Source: Moniliella sp. 'wahieum'
Taxonomy: Eukaryota
Direction: 5' to 3'
Assembly (NCBI GenBank): GCA_003971905.1
Contig: RSEE01000014.1
Span: 62,001 to 126,000 of the forward strand
DNA length: 64,000 bases
Position numbers and translations under genes: made by a program. The first letter of the stretch is position 1, and the number at the start of each line of letters is the position of its first letter. Shown piece after piece: positions 48,550 through 59,765 of this stretch. The notes under the pieces were generated by a model. It was not told the origin of the DNA. It did no database searches and saw only the letters and a list, made by a program, of their open reading frames with translations.

Positions 48550-51500
48550 ATGCTGCCCCCCACCTCCGACGACCTTGCCTCGCTCTTCGAGGCCCAGGCC
48601 GCCCGCACCCCCTCCCTCCCTGCCCTCGAGGACCAGGACACAGACACGCCCTCACCTATGCCCAGCTCGAGCAAGAGACCCGCCTGTGGGCCCAAGAGCT
48701 GCGTGCCAAGCACGTCGGCACCGACGACCTAGTGGGCATCCTCATGCCGCGCTGCGCCACCTACGTCGTCGCCGCCCTCGCTGCCCTCCGCGCGGGTGGG
48801 GCCTTCTTGGTACTCGAGATGGCGTACCCTGACAACCTGCTCCACAACGTCCTCGCTGATGCCCAGCCCAAGGTTGTCCTCACTCTCGCTTCCCAGCGCT
48901 CCCGCCTGCCTGCCTCCATCCCTACCATCGAGATGGACACCACGCGTCCCACCGCCTCTGTCGAGGCAGAGCCCGTGCCGCTGCCCCCTCGCTCGCCCGA
49001 TCAATTGGCCTTTGTCTCATACTCCTCGGGTACCACGGGCCAGCCCAAGGGGATTGCCAACCCCCACAAAGCGGCCACCGGGTCCTATGCACTGCGCTTT
49101 GCTCTCTCCGACCTGCACCCGGGCGATCGGGTCGCATGCAACGTCTTTCTCATCTGGGAAATGCTCCGTCCTCTTTTGCGCGGCGCGACGACCGTCGTCG
49201 TGCCTGACCTGCACTCGTACGACCCCGAGGGCCTGCTCACCTTTCTTCAAACCCGCAAGATCACCGAAACACTCATGACGCCCACCTTGCTCGCAACCTT
49301 GCTCGCTCGGCACGACGATGTGCTGGCCTTGCCAGACTTGCGCACTCTCTGGCTCAACGGCGAGGTTGTGCCGCTTGACTTGGCCCGCCGCGCGTCCCGC
49401 GCCCTTCCCCATGTTCGCCTGCTCAATCTCTACTCGATTTCCGAGACCCATGAGGTGGCTGCGGGTGACATTGGTGTTCTTCTCACATTGCCAGAGATCC
49501 AGGGGCGCAGTGTGTGTCCCGTGGGACCGTTGCTGGACCCGGAGCATGCGCTGCTCCTGCAGCCTGACAGTTTGGTCCCCGTGCCCCCGGGCGAAGCGGG
49601 GGAACTGTGCGTGACAGGCCCGCTTTTGGCCCGCGGGTACCTCAACCTTCCTCTTCAGACCGAACGCGCCTTTGTGCCTTCCCCGGCAATGGGGAACGCA
49701 TGTACCGCACCGGCGACTTGGCGCGTCTGTTGCCTTCGGGCGCTCTCGAAATCACAGGCCGGATGGGCGGGATGATCAAGACGCGCGGGTACACGGTACA
49801 CCCCTCGGCGGTGCAGGCGGCGGTAGTCAAGTACCTTGCTGTCCAGGCATGCGCAGTGGTGGGGCATGGCGAAGGGTTGGAGAAGCGCTTGGTGGCCTAC
49901 ATTGTTCCCGATCCGTCGCGCGAGGAAAAAGTGGTGATTGAGCCGTCGGGCCACAGCCCGAGCGCCAACAAGCTGCTCCAGCCTCACTTGGCACAGTATA
50001 TGATCCCTACGCTGTGGGTCCAGGTCCCTTCCTTGCCCACCCACGGCGTCAGCGGTAAGATTGATCTTTCCTCGCTGCCTTCGCCACCTGTCACCCGCCC
50101 TCCACTCGGCCCTCTACGCGCCCCACCTCCCCCCGCGGCGGCACAGCGCTGGGCGCCCAGCCGGTTAAGGAAAGCACCTTGGTGGAACTGTGGTCGATCT
50201 TGCTAGGCGTCCCGGCTAGCACCGTCTTGGCTGGCCACTCGTTCTTTGAACTAGGCGGACACTCGCTCTGTTGGCCGATTTGGCAGGGAGACTGAGCAAG
50301 CAATTTGGGTTCACTGTCCCGCTGGGTGCGTTGGCCGCAGACCCATCCTTGACGGGCCACCTGACTGCCATCACCGCCGCGCGCGACGGGCACCTTGCCG
50401 AGTTGCAGGCCGACCTGCCTAAAATTATGCAAGCCGACGCTGTCTTGGCCCCGGATGTGCGTCGCTTGTCGGAAAAGCCGTCGGGCACCCATATTCTCCT
50501 CACGGGCTCGACGGGCTACCTGGGTGCGTTTTTTTTGCACGCTCTTGCCGCTCATACTGCTGTCGACGTGAAGATCATCTGCCTGATCCGGTTCCCGTAC
50601 CCTACCGAGAACTGCACTCCGGCTGGCTTGGCCCGCATCCGCCCAACCTGAACGACCTGGGTCTGTGGTCAGACGCGTTGCTGGACAAGATTGAAGTGGT
50701 GCCGGGTAACTTGCCTCAGGCCCAATTCGGGCTTTCGGACGAAGCGTTTGTTGCGCTGGCCAAACGGGTGGGCACGGTGGTGCATGCAGCGGCGGCGGTC
50801 AACTTGGTGTACCCGTATGCTGCCTTGCGCGCACCCAACGTGGGTGGTACACGGGAAATTCTGCGTCTGTGCAGTATTGGTGGCGCGGCACTGCACCACA
50901 TCTCGACCAATGGTGCTCTCACCCTGGGCCAGTGGAGCGAAACCTCCCACTTGACCCTGGAGCAAGCGCTGGCCATTCCAGATGGGTATGGGCAGAGCAA
51001 ATGGGTAGCGGAACAGTTGGTTCGGCAAGCGCAAGCGCGTGGCTTGCCGGCCTACATTTACCGTCCAGGGACCGTCGGGCAGTTGCGATACGGGGGCCAG
51101 CAACCCGTACGATATGCTGGATGCTGTGCTGGTGGAAGCATTGAGGATGGGCGTTGCGCCCACCCTGCCCGATTGGCGGATCGAGTTGACCCCGGTCAAC
51201 TATGTGGCTGAGGCAGTTGCGACGCTAGCCACGACCGAGGTGAGCGTGAGCGAGCGCTTGCCTGTCTACCATCTCGCCAACCCTGCACCTCCCTTGGCCG
51301 ACGATGTGTTTACTACGCTCGCGCACTTGGGCTACCCTACCACCCGCCTCGCCTTTGACGACTGGCGCACCGCCTGGTTCGCCACCTTGCCTCCGCCCGA
51401 AGAAGGCGATCCTAATCACCAAGTACCTTTCCCAGCCTCGATCTTGCGCAGCGGCTTCCCTTCGCCCGAAGCGTTGGCCCACCAACCCATCTTGCACGAC

Positions 51501-52426
51501 GAAGCGACGCAGCGGTCCTGGTACCGTTGCTAGGACCTCGGCCTGCGCTCGACGCCGCGCTGTGGCGGACGTATGCGCGTCACTTTTATGCGCGGGGCTG
51601 GTTGCCGCATGGTCCGGCGCCGCTCAGTGAGGCAGAAGCGCGCCTGGCAGCCCAAGCGGCTGCGAAGAGCGCTCGTGCTCGCCGTGGTCGGTTGGCAGGC
51701 AAGGTCGCTGGATTACCGGTGCTTCGTCAGGGATTGGCGCGGCGGTGGCAGAGGCCTTGGTGGCAGAAGGCGCGCGGGTGTCGTTGGCGGCCCGTCGGGC
51801 TGCCACGCTCAGCGCGTTGAAGCAAGAGTTGGAAACGCGCCATGCGGGCGCAGAGGTGCACGTTGTCCGACCGATGTCACGTCGCAAAAGGGGTGGAGGC
51901 GTTGGTGCAGTCGACGGAGCAGGAGCTTGGACCAGTGGACATCTTGGTATCGTGTGCGGGCGTGATGTACTTTACCATGATGGCCAATGTGCAGATGGAG
52001 CAGTGGGAGCAAACGGTCGATGTCAACTGTAAGGGGTTACTGTACTGTCTGGGAGCCTGTCTACCTGGCATGCTCCAACACCGGGGCCATGTGGTTGCCA
52101 TCTCGTCCGATGCAGGTCGCAAGACGTTTGCTGGTCTCGGCGTCTACTCAGCAAGCAAGTTCTTTGTCGAATCTACACTGCAGGCGCTCCGGCTCGAGAC
52201 GGCCAACTCGGGATTACGCGTCACCTCCATCCAGCCTGGCAATGTCGCGACCGACTTGCTGGGCATGTCGACGGACCAGCAAGCGCTCGAAGCGTACGGT
52301 ACGCCCTCGGGAGCCAAGGTGCTCGATGCGAGCGATGTGGCCCAGGCCATCGTCTATGCCCTGGTCCAGCCCGAACATGTGGCCGTGAATGAGGTGCTGG
52401 TCGAGCCGCGGGAGGAACCGATCTGA
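48550..52426 (+). CDS. NRPS-like A-T-R-R enzyme (ATRR/NPS10-type glycine betaine reductase); apparently intronless, frameshifted
   Basis: A domain: LASLFEAQAARTP, YSSGTTGQPKGIANPH, DRVACNVFLIWEMLRPLLRG, LNGE, YSISETHE, GELCV.GP.LARGY, YRTGDL, SGKID. T domain: FFELGGHSL. Thioester reductase: LLTGSTGYLG, HAAAAVN, GYGQSKWVAE, YRPG. SDR: TGASSGIG, SCAGVMY, YSASK, IQPGNVAT, ends AVNEVLVEPREEPI*. Confidence 0.9.
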
Positions 52427-52981
52427 GTCGGTCGAGAGGGCGGAGGCCGGGAGGGGGGGCAAGACGCAAGCCGATGGGATGGCGCCGATAAGCCATGCTT
52501 TCTTTATCTCTCTACCAAGCAGCCAGTCCTTTGAATTGTATTATGTGCCTATCATATGCTAGTCAACTCAATAGTCCACTTGATTCCCGAGATAGAAACA
52601 AGAACAAACCAATAAAATGACCGGGGGGGGAAGCGCCTCCTGTCTAGCCTACTACCCTGCCACGCAGAGACAAACAGTGGTCGCAAGTCCCCTGAACGAA
52701 GCGGAGCGTGGAGCTCCCATCTCCCTGAAATGTGAATCGGAAAGGGCAATTGCATCGGCAGATCTTCGTCCGGCCGGGCACGGGGCGTGGGACGTCGGGG
52801 GGAAAGGGAGCATAGTGGGAAGGAGGAGGAATAGACTGGGTTCTGCTCGCTGATGAGAATGGGGGATGGGTGGAGGAGTGTGGACCACGAAACCTACTGC
52901 TTCGCTTCAAGAGCAAGTGGCCGGCGTAGCGTATGGTTTTGGTACGCAAGATACGGCGCCTCAGGGCCTCACTGGCTCACC

Positions 52982-54505
52982 TCAGTAGTCAAACCGGTCC
53001 GGGAAGAGCAGCGGGGCAAGCAAGCTCCACGTATACAACCCCACGCACACCCAAGAACTCACGATCCGCATCCACATCGACGTGCTGGAGCGCCCAATCA
53101 AGGCTACGGGGCCTTCCTCGGAATCCGACTCGTCCGCCTCGCTCAACTTGACCCACCGCCAGTCAGTCAACAGCATGGCCGTGTAGCAAGCGGCCATGGC
53201 AAACCAAGTGGAAAAAGGCATAGTTGTACCTTCCCGTTCCGCTCATCGTCGCCTTCGTCGCTGTTTCCATTGGCCATAGCTTCTTCCTCCCTCCGCCTCG
53301 GCCTCGTCCAGCGCCGACTGTGGGATCGCACCAGCTTCCACCGCCGCCTGCAACGCTTGGATCCGCATCGTCGTCCGTCCAGCCGATGGTGGCTCGGTAA
53401 TCACCCCCCACGCGCTTCGCATCGCTGCTGGCCAGAGGACCATAGCCCTCGGCGCCGTCGCATACGACGCTACTTCGTACTTGTTGCGTTCGGCGCGTGC
53501 CTTGCCGACCAAGGTGTTGGACTGGGTCGCAGCTCGACTGGTGCTATATGCAATGGCCAAGAAGGTGAACAAGGCCCGACCACCGCGGTGGTCGTCTTAA
53601 CGATCCACCGCGGCGCGCGCTAATCGGGTTGCACTTCTCGTCGTCGCGGTTGATCACGGCCGAGGCGGTGAGGTAGGAGCAGTAGGCAGCCACCATGGAG
53701 GCTTGGGCCAGACCCGAGCGCGGGTTGGCCGTCTGCACAGCAGAGAAATGGAAAGGAAAGTAAGGCAAGGATGAGGATGAGGTTGAGGTGATCAAGCTTT
53801 GGTTGAGATGGCATCCTTCCGAAGCAAAGAACCCATACAGCACCCCGTCACACTGAGCGCCACCACGTACATGCCCACCGTGCTGCCAATCAGGGTGAAC
53901 TTCCAAAAGTCCGATTCGGTGCGTTCCCAGTTATCCAAGCACGTCTCCGACCACGTGTAGACAAAGTCGATCAGAAAGTCCACCACGATAAAGCAAGTGG
54001 CGAGCAACAAGGCGGGGTAGGTGCCCCAAACACGAAAAAGCCATTGGGAACAAAAACATACCCACCACCAACACGGCCCATAACAGTACCTTGGGACCCC
54101 ACCAACCATTCTGCAACGCAGCACGACGCGACCGCGTATCCTTGACCCCAATCAACGCCGCGCCCAGCACAAGGTGAAGCAGCACCAACGCAAAGTGATG
54201 CGGTGCACGGCCAACAGGCCATAGCACCGGTCCCGGTCCGCATGGCGTCCATCCGGATCCAACTGTAGGACCACTGCTCTAGTTTGCGCACTGCGAGGGG
54301 CGTGCGGCTCACCAGGCCAGCAGTGCATACGAGACAGAAGAGCGCATAACCCACGCGGGTTGCAATGCTGCTCTGGCAGTTGCACGACTTGAACAGCGCC
54401 GGGCGGCAGTGGAGGTGCAGAAGCACGCGGCTGCGCTTAGACACGACGTGCCAGCCCAGCCAGCGCGCCTCCGCCCAGCAACGGAAGCGATAACAGCGCG
54501 CCCAT
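52982..54505 (-). CDS. TMS1: Serine incorporator / TDE family membrane protein (SERINC)
   Basis: MGALLSLPLLGG; FKSCNCQSSIATRVGYA; LQNGWWGPKV; NPRSGLAQASMVAAYCSYLTASAV; YNYAFFH; MLLTDW; WMRIVSSWVC..LY.WSLLAPLLFPDRF. Confidence 0.93.
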
Positions 54506-54952
54506 TGCCCTGGACGCAGATGGAGACGGTGGCGGCGCTCGTCCGAGGCGGTGGCGGCGGCGGCAGCAACGAGGCGGCAACCCTAACGAGAGCAGGGGAG
54601 GGTTGTGAAATGTTCACGCTCCTGCGCCCGCAGAGCTATGACGACATGGCCATCAAACAGCAACGTTTTAACCGACTGTGATATGCTAAAGTGCAGTCGA
54701 ATGGTCATGGATGCTTGGCTTGGCCTAGCGCCAGAGTTGGGCGCTAAAAGCGGCGATGACCACCTTCAATCAAGGGTCAGCGGCGCACAGGGCAGACCAA
54801 AAAGAATAGAGCCAAATGCGGTCCCTAACAAGGAGCGGGGAGAGATGCGCGCAAACAAGGAAGGAGAGGAGAGAGGAGGAGGTAGCCAGCGATACCTGCA
54901 TGCTTGCGATGAGGGGCCCAACATGAGCCACAATCCCAAAGCAAAGGTGGAG

Positions 54953-56232
54953 CTAGATGGCAAGGCCCAGTTGGTGAACGAGGTAGGTGCATAGGTGGTA
55001 GGATGCACTGGCATTAGTAGTTCGCGTGGTAAGGCGCGCTAACTGCAGAAGGGTAGAGAAGCGTCAGTACGAGTAGCCAGGGAGGTGGGCGAGAGCAGGA
55101 GGAGGAAAAAGAAAAGGAATACCATATGGGGGCGGAGGAGGAGAGGGAAACCAAGTAAGAAGCAATACGTACTCCGATTGCCGATTGAGTTCCAGACGCA
55201 ACAGGCACCCCACATTGCCCAGGCGAGAAGTATGCAGGACCCCAGCCCCGACCAAGTTGGCTGGGTTCTTGTCGATCCCTGGCAGTTGAGCAAAGCCAGC
55301 ACGGGAGAGGATCCGACGCGCACGCAATAGAGCGTTCCGACCGCTTGGTCATGCTCCCGTGCTGCTGCAGGGTCCATGACCGCAGGTGCAATGGGGAAGA
55401 TGCGCTGGGCTTCGCATGGGTTGGCCGAACCAATCTGGTGCCAGCGAGCGAAAAAGTCTGAAGCACCCAACGGACCCGCCACGGGCTCTAGGAAGCGCGA
55501 AAGCGGTAGCGGGGGGGAGGAAGAGGTGTACGCGCTTCCCCTCGGCGACAGAAGAGGCAGGGGAAGGTTGTATGGTGGGGTGAACAAAACGCACTTCCAG
55601 CACCAAGGGAGCTTGTCCCATTTGCCCACTTGCATAAGGCGCCGCGCACTCTACGCGCACTACGTGGCCCAGTTGCGTTTCTGGAGCCAAGGCCAAGGGC
55701 ATATCATCAAGGGCGGGTAAGCTAGAGCGGACCGAGAGCGGCGCGGAGCTGGAGTGACCTGTGGGAGAAGGGGAGGTGTCAGGCACGGAGCGAGCGTGTA
55801 CGTTAACCGAAAATTCCTCTAAACACGCCGAGGGGAGCTTGTTGCCATAGAAGATAGCCACGTCCCCTGACCCCGATCGATATTGCGAAAGGCGGTTTGA
55901 GCCCAATCTGGATGGTCTCAGACTCGTACAACACCCCCTCGCCTCGGTCGAGCAATGCGGAGTACCATGCGGGGGATATGGCTGGCGTCAATGCTCCGGT
56001 GGGCGTGGCGATTGAAGCTGGTGCCAGCGCCTGAGGCGCCGCGGGCGGCATGACATGGACAGCTGCCATGGGTGGAAGCACGTGGAAAAAGAGGGAGGGA
56101 GCGGGGCGACTGGCTGTGCAAGTCGCGAGAAAACGAGAAGAGGGACAGATAGGTCAAATCCAGATGATAGGCAAGCCGGGCGGACGGGGGAGGGATTGGG
56201 AACTGGCTCATTGGGGGCGTGGCGGGGCCCAT
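54953..56232 (-). CDS. Stand-alone AP-2 alpha-adaptin appendage (ear) domain protein lacking the Adaptin_N trunk
   Basis: WYSALLDRGEGVLYESETIQIGLK; GDVAIFYGNK; SRFLEPV...DFFARWHQIG...EAQRIFP; IDKNPANLVGAGVLHTS..GNVGCLLRLELN; after an intron (~55043-55172) LARLTTRTT...LGLAI-TAG at 54953. Only a short Pro-rich exon lies upstream. Confidence 0.8.
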
Positions 56233-56778
56233 CCTAGCAAATGCTCTGGCTGAGGCCGAGGTGTGCTGAAGCTGAGGTAGGCTGAAGTAGGCTCAAGCTG
56301 AGTGAGGGTAAGGCGCGCTGAGGCAGGTTGCAAGAATATGCAACTCGCACAATTGATAAGATTGTACGTGACTCGGTTTTCCCTATCTTGCCAAGTATTG
56401 CTGTTCAAGCTTCAAGGTTCAAGGTTCAAGCTTCAAGAGGAACGTCGCATCCGTCGAGCGGGTCGCCACGTTGCTCCACTGCCCCCCGCCGGCCTAGCGC
56501 GGCGCTGCTGACACTGCCGCCATGCCCAGCGGAGGGAGCTAAGGTTTGCACCCTTCGGCTGCATTCGAGACGCGGCCAGGCGTCGATTTGATTCGCTTCC
56601 GCCCGTGTCGTTCCGCCGTGCGGCTTCTTCCCCGCCGCCGCGGGCCCACGAGGAAGCTCGGCTTAGCTCAGCCGGGCCGGGGCGCTGTGGGCGGCTCGGG
56701 CTCAGCCCATCTGGTGAGCTGGGCGTGTCGAGCGACATCTTCCTCCTCGTGCCCACCAACCACCTCCCCTTGTCCATC

Positions 56779-57365
56779 ATGGCCCGTCGTGCGCGCAGCT
56801 GCTTTGTGTGTGGAAAGCTCGGCCACCTCGCCTCGGAGTGCACCAGCCCCGAGCGCGTGTGCTTCAACTGTGGCAACCTGGGCCACGAGAGCAACGCTTG
56901 CCCCGAGCCCCACTCGGCCACCCAGCGCCAGTGCTACCGCTGTGGCCAGTCGGGCCACATCAAGGCCGACTGCCCCAACGAGCCCGTCCAAATTGAGCAG
57001 ACCCCCGCCGCTGCTGGCAAGGCCTCCACCAACACCGAGACGCCTGCCCCCCGCCCCGGCCAAGACCAAGGCATGCTACAACTGTGGCTCCCACGACCAC
57101 TTGGCCCGCGATGCCCTGAGCCGGCGTCGGGCGAGCCCGTGCCCGCGCCCAACACTTCGCGCGTGCGCTGCCGTAACTGCTCGGAGCGCGGCCACTTTGC
57201 CCGTGACTGCCCCAACGACAAGAAGTGCTACCGCTGCCAGGGCACTGGTCACGTACGTTGACTTGTTTCTCGTTGTGTGCTTCTTTGGGTCTTGCTAACG
57301 TGTTATCCTTGTCTTTCACCTCCTCCCCAGATCGGCGTGACTGCCCCAACGAGAAGGCGGAGTAA
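56779..57365 (+). CDS. GIS2: CCHC zinc-knuckle RNA-binding protein, Gis2/CNBP family (6 knuckles)
   Basis: CFVCGKLGHLASEC, CFNCGNLGHESNAC, CYRCGQSGHIKADC, CYNCGSHDHLARD, CRNCSERGHFARDC, CYRCQGTGH|I.RDC. Intron 57253-57330. Confidence 0.88.
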
Positions 57366-58806
57366 GTGCCAGCGCATGCGTCTTTGTCCCCTGTTGGACA
57401 AGGCCTTTGATGTCTGTTAGCCTATGCTCGTTGTTGTTGCTTGGTTCGGTGTGGACTTGATATCCTATCACCTTCCCTCGCCTCCCCCACCCCCACCCCC
57501 ACTCCCCATCCTCTTTGTTCGTTTTGTCTCACTATAGACCAGACGTTCCTTCTGCAAACTGCAGATCTCCATGCTCTAGCGGTCTGCCTCAAGACTTCAC
57601 GGAAAGGCAGAGTGCATCCATAGGGAACACCATGGCCCAGTCATGAGTCGGGAACTTCGCCGGTTAGTTACGGGCGCTCCGGTTAGCCCCGCGCGCTGAG
57701 CCCCGCATGTCGCGGGCATCTTATCCAAACATGCGTCAGTCCGTTAGACTAGCGAGAGAGAGCCAGAAGGAACATATCCATGCCGCGGATCCTTTCGCGG
57801 AGAGCCACGGGCGAACCGGACTTACAGTACGAAGTTTCGTATCTGCGGCCTCCGGTCTTGGAAGAACAGACCGCGCTTCGCCCCTTACTACTACTGTAGA
57901 TTCCTCATCAGTTCTGTTTATACCTGTCATAAGGCACTTGGGGTGGTTCCTTCTGTATATAAGCAGCCATGTCTATGGCTTGCTAGCTGTGGTTCTTGTC
58001 GACCTGTCCCTGTCCCTGGTCTCCCCGACTTTCCATTCCTCTCTCGCCTTCCAGCTCCTAGTACTACCCTTGCAAATTTACGATTCACGTCGATTACACT
58101 GCAAGCCGCGGTTACTCTCAGTAGGGCTTGCTCTTCTTTAGGACTCCGTCTGATTTCGCCTACTGCAGCGCGTCGAGTTTAGTGACGCTGCGGGGAACAG
58201 TGTTACCTGTTACCCCCCCGGAGCTCGTGGACCCCTTCGACTGCTCTGACGACCTACGTACGGGGGTCCTACCGGCTACCCCGGAGGTCCTGAGCTGTAG
58301 CCTTTGGACGCAGGCAGTCACCCAAACTAGAGGGTCTCTCCTTCGCCTCCACACCCCGCTCGGTTCAATCAGGATCTGAAGCAGGACCTAACGTGCGCAC
58401 CTCCGATTGGCCGTCCAAGGGTTTGAACGGGCATCGTCTAGAACGAGGTGGCGGATGGTGAGAGAGGGGAGCCAGGGCACGACGCTCTGGGAGTACAGGG
58501 GAACACAGCTGTGGCGGAGCCTAATGTAATGGCGTTATCCTTCTCCGCCCACCTTCTACGTCCTGCTGCTGCTCTAGCACTCGTGCTTCACCCACCGCAC
58601 CCCTCACCCAGAGTCAGCAGCAATCGACAGCACTGGGTGTCTGCCGATTCTTATATTCCCTCTATCTCGTGCATCGTGACCACGGTGGCCACATAAAGAT
58701 CAGCAGGTCCCATCAGGCCCATCAAGCCTGTGCAATGTTCATTTGGACACGCCACGTGCTACATCCATCCCATCCAGGCCTTGCTCCGTCCCCCCCGCCC
58801 CGCAAA

Positions 58807-59765
58807 TCAGCGCCGCTTCTTGGTCCCGGTTGCCTTCTTGACCGCGGTCGCGTGAGCCTTGCCCTGGTTCCGGCCATCCTCAATCGCCTCCTTGAACAAG
58901 GACCCAATGTCACCCGATTGCATCGCGGCCATCTTGGCGTTCATAGAGGCCTGCTGCTGCTCCAGCTCCTTGAGCGACTCGGGGTCCAAATTGGCCTGTG
59001 AGGGATAACAGACAAGCACCGAAAAAATAGTATCAGTCAGTCACTCAGTCGCATTCTCAGCCACCCAGGGTCACAGGGGACTCAATCAACGTACCACCAG
59101 CTTGGGCATAAGGAAGACCATGGCACCACCAAAGATGGCGATCAGGACCATGGGCGACTTGAGCATGCCCATCAGGTCAAACGCTTGCGGTTCGGTAAAG
59201 AACTCGAGCTTGGCACTGGGCTGGAGTGTGAAGGGCACAGGCAACGGTGCCTGGCTCAGGGCACCTTCAATGCCGCCCGGGATGTTGGGGGTGAGTCGGA
59301 TCTTGACCAGTTGGCTGGAAGCGCGCGCCGTGCGCGCGGCAGCGGCAGCAGCGGCGGCAGCAGCAGCGGGAGACTTGGGGTCCGCAGTGGGTCGACAGCA
59401 GGCACAGGCGCCTCGGTGGGGGCAGGGTTGACGTCGACACGGTAGGTGTTGAAGGCGTGCCAGCGGGACTGAAGGGAGAGAAGGTACGTGCCTGGCGCCA
59501 CGTCGGGGAAGATGAACTTGCCATCTTGACGAATGAGGGTGTTGTAGTGGGAAGGCAGGGCAGCGAGCTCGACGGGGGTCATGGTCGAGGCAGGCGCATT
59601 GGCGCTGGGTTTGCGAACGAGGTGGACCTGGGCGTCGTTGCCGAGCAACGCAAGGTCTTGCAGGTGGGCACCCACTTGAACTTGCCCGCTGACAGCAACA
59701 GGCGATGCGGCAGCGAGAGCAGTGCACGCGCTCAGCAGCACAGCCAAGGCAGAGAGGAGACGCAT
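58807..59765 (-). CDS. EMC7: ER membrane protein complex subunit 7 (DUF2012 beta-sandwich plus TM)
   Basis: Signal peptide MRLLSALAVLLSACTALA; LIRQDGKFIFPDVAPGTYLLSL...FNTYRVDV; FFTEPQAFDLMGMLKSPMVLIAIFGGAMVFLMPKL; intron; NLDPESLKELEQQQ. Confidence 0.85.

Noticed and set aside
44684..54505. Secondary-metabolite cluster around the NRPS-like gene
   Set aside because: No tailoring enzymes or efflux pumps. The neighbours are housekeeping genes and ATRR-type enzymes act alone.
56779..57365. Retrotransposon Gag zinc knuckles
   Set aside because: Six knuckles in a small intron-containing gene with no protease, RT or integrase nearby match cellular Gis2/CNBP.
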